Below are positions 60,886-64,000 of a stretch of 64,000 nucleotides of DNA, one piece after another; the first letter of the stretch is position 1, and each line of letters starts with the position of its first letter. The translations under genes were made by a program, and so were the position numbers. Source of the stretch: Balanoglossus misakiensis (taxonomy: Eukaryota > Animalia > Hemichordata); assembly GCA_040954595.2 (NCBI GenBank), contig CM082590.2, positions 3,658,001 to 3,722,000 of the forward strand. Reading direction: 5' to 3'. Below the pieces are notes generated by a model. The model saw only the letters and a program-made list of their open reading frames with translations, made no database searches and was not told the origin of the DNA.

Positions 60886-61841
60886 GGGACCGTTCAGTTT
60901 TTACGGCCGGGGGGGGGGGCGGCAAAATCCAAAGGGGGGGGGGGGGTCACTTGAATTTTGAAGTCCACAAGGTGGGGGGGGGGGTCATCTGTTTTTTTTA
61001 AACGTTTAGGGGGGGGGTCACATACTTTCGCCACCGAACTTTTGCTTTTGAGTCCACAAAATTGCAGTTTCGCACCCTTTATTTTACAAACACCCCCTCC
61101 CACACCCACCCCCTTCATTATCCGCCACATGTCATTTTTTGCTGGTTTGTCTAGTGAACCAGGGCAGAGTGCTTGCCACCCCAAACTCACCGATGATAAT
61201 ATTTAACAAAGTGAATACATAAAGGAGAATAATTGTTTAAACCATTTTGCATAACTGATAGTTTCGCGCTGCATCTTCTATATACTAGAAGTTTTATAAA
61301 TGATGTCATGGCGAAGATGACGCCAAATCTTCTAACTTTGAGTGGAGTGGCAAAAAGTAAAATTGGTCCTCCCAAACATTGAGATAATTTGCTTTTGACT
61401 TCATTAAAATGCAACTTTACGCTACATATTATACAAAATTTTCTTAGGTGGGAGGGGTTGTCCCCCTCCCACACCGACCCCCGTCACTTTTCTTGTTTTA
61501 CCGATTCCTGCAACTATTGTATTGACTTGTCATTTTAATTTGTTCATAGATTTCTTTATTGCAATGATATACTATTATATACTTCAATAATACTTTAAGA
61601 AATTTATAATTGAGGTGTGAGGAGCCTCATTCCCTTTATTGCATACAGTGTACATAGGATCAGGACGGCGAATGTTTTGGGCGTGGTGGGGGGGTCATCA
61701 TATTTTTGGGTCTGTCAAAGGGGGGGGGGCATCATTTTTTGGTCCTGGGGGCCGGGTGAAGGGGGGGTCGGCCTGATTTTGAGAACCGATGACACAAACT
61801 TGCCGCCCCCCCCCCCCCTGCCGTAAAAACTGAACGGTCCC
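60886..61841. mobile_element. PIF/Harbinger-type MITE (same family as 12400-13505, opposite orientation), TTA TSD
   Basis: Same TIR, TTA on both sides; empty site visible in the left arm (gccccc-taa-ccgactcc at ~60677). Confidence 0.92.
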
Positions 61842-62323
61842 TTAGGGGGCAGAAGTAGACAGGGAAAGGATTTTGCTTTGATAAAATCGAATTTCGGCCG
61901 AAAAAGCTGCAGTCCGGATCCGGACCGCAGAAGCACCAGTTTTTTCTATGGCGCATTGCAGGGCTGTGGTGGAGGCTGTGTAACGCCGGGAACACACAGA
62001 CCTGTACGCAGAGCTAGGCCGGTGACGGCTGAGTTGCTTCCTTGCAAAGGTCTCGGAGTCGCACTCGATCACCTGCTCTTGTAACTCCCAATCTCTTTAT
62101 TTCCCCTTCCGTCATGGAAAGAACGGTGGCAGCTTCAACCCGCTCATTGCCAAATTTATCTCCTGCAATATTGCCTCGATGTCCATCTCATTCGACTGCG
62201 ACTGAGACGCACAAAACAAACGGAAAACACGGAAAATGGCCGACAGCAAAAATTGTGCGCCCTCTGGTGAGGTGGAAGTGAAGGTTGTAAACAAGTAAAT
62301 AATAATAATACTAGCAAAGTATC

Positions 62324-62885
62324 ATAATATATTAACGAATCAAAATATAATCGTACAACATCAACATTATATACTACTATTTATTTATAATATATTAACG
62401 AATCAAAATATAATCGTACTACTTCAACATTATATACTACTATTTATTTATAATATATTAACGAATCAAAATATAATCGTACTACTTCAACATTATATAC
62501 TACTATTTATTTATAATATATTAACGAATCAAAATATAATCGTACTACTTCAACAGTATATACTACTATTTATTTATAATATATTAACAAATCAAAATAT
62601 AATCGTACTACTTCAACATTAAATACTACTATTTATTTATAATATATTAACGAATCAAAATATAATCGTACTACTTCAACATTAAATACTACTATTTATT
62701 TATAATATATTAACGAATCAAAATATAATCGTACTACTTCAACATTAAATACTACTATTTATTTATAATATATTAACGAATCAAAATATAATCGTACTAC
62801 TTCAACATTAAATACTACTATTTATTTATAATATATTAACGAATCAAAATATAATCGTACTACTTCAACATTAAATACTACTATT
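62324..62885 (-). repeat. 63-bp AT-rich tandem repeat, ~9 copies (right arm, inverted)
   Basis: Reverse complement of the 59618-60246 unit. Confidence 0.95.
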
Positions 62886-64000
62886 GCTATACTTAAGACC
62901 CCTGAGGCTTGCCATACTCCTGTGTGATCGATAATAATACGAGATTATATGACAACTAAGATTTCCCAGAGTAATGTGCATTGCAGTAATTTCAGATGCA
63001 AACATAAGCGCGTACTGAGATTCTTTTTTATAATGACAAAATTGAAGATGACGAATTTTCTGACAACAACGTAGACAGGGAGAGTAACTTATTGTACTAC
63101 CGCTAACATGGAGAAATACGCCAGCCTGCTGACCTTTCAAATAACATCAAAGTTTTCCTCGTTTCTGATGTAACGACTCGTCATAACTTTTGACAATATG
63201 TCTGATAATATAAAGGTTACCACCCCTTAGAGAATGACGTCATCACCAACACACCAGGCTCAACGTGGCACATAGGGTGTGATGCGTCCAAATGTCTTGT
63301 CATAACAGGGTCGATCTAAGTGCATTCTCGCAACAACTAAAACGACTGAGAGACGTTATGCAAATTTCCCATATATTCTTGTTATCACAGTAAGGTGAAA
63401 CAAGACCGACCTTGTCCCTTTAAGTACAGTCACCAAATCCAACATGAGAATCGTACGCGCCACCATATATTACAGCCAGCAACCTACACAAGTATTTAGA
63501 AGAAGAAATAATTGCTGGTGCTCATTTGCATCGGTGTACTAAATATTCTTCTGTATAATTAATTCTAGTCGAGAGCTATCGGTCATTTTCAGTTCAACTT
63601 TTGCAATCAACATATTTTCAAATGTTTGCTGGGAAGTTTCTACTTACATGTATCATCGGGAAGCAGTGATATATTTTACGTGCAAGTATATTTCATGAAC
63701 TATATTTCAGTTTAAAATAAATATATCTGTTAAAACCGCGATAAAATAAAGATCACTGCCAAGTTTATACATGTAATGTTCAGTCACTAAATTTGATCAA
63801 AAAACACTATGCAGCTGAGAGAAGCAGTTTACTGGCTTCACTGCACATAACGATTCTCGTTCAGATAAGAAGAATGGTCTGGAGTACATATAGGCGGAGA
63901 CAACACAGGTATTTGATGAGGTTACATTTCATCACATTCCTGGGTAGATTGAAAGATTCAGTCGTGTGCTATCACTCCGGCGCATTGCTTGTTACCCTTA

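Larger units (their letters stand above)
59592..62916. mobile_element. Fold-back non-autonomous DNA transposon, possibly IS3EU-derived
   Basis: Arms 59592-60730 and 60831-62916 are inverted copies; termini TATGGCAAG...CTTGCCATA flanked by CTCCTG direct repeats (59586-59591, 62917-62922). The family call rests on my recollection that IS3EU has TAY..RTA ends and 6-bp TSDs. Confidence 0.75.

Overview
Eukaryotic (animal, probably marine invertebrate) genomic DNA; no prokaryotic features or CRISPR array. One spliced gene on the minus strand (575-29198, 13 exons reconstructed by hand with GT-AG boundaries, about 918 aa) encodes a kinase-less DAPK-like ROCO protein: ankyrin repeats, ROC GTPase, COR, death domain. 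Four of its ankyrin repeats are each a single 99-nt phase-0 exon, produced by tandem duplication of a two-exon module. The duplicated exons differ much more (mostly non-synonymously, at ankyrin binding-face positions) than their flanking introns, suggesting a diversifying modular receptor. Introns hold MITEs, a probable solo LTR, and a ~140-bp satellite expanded from a single intronic copy and then interrupted by a full-length CR1-type LINE with intact ORFs. About 540 bp upstream of the start codon lies a ~26.7-kb GC-rich 137-bp satellite with higher-order repeats and an EnSpm-like insertion. The right end carries a 3.3-kb fold-back (palindromic) transposon derivative with 63-bp tandem repeats, a SAM-domain remnant and a nested Harbinger-type MITE. 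All coordinates and counts were read by eye and may be off by a few bases.
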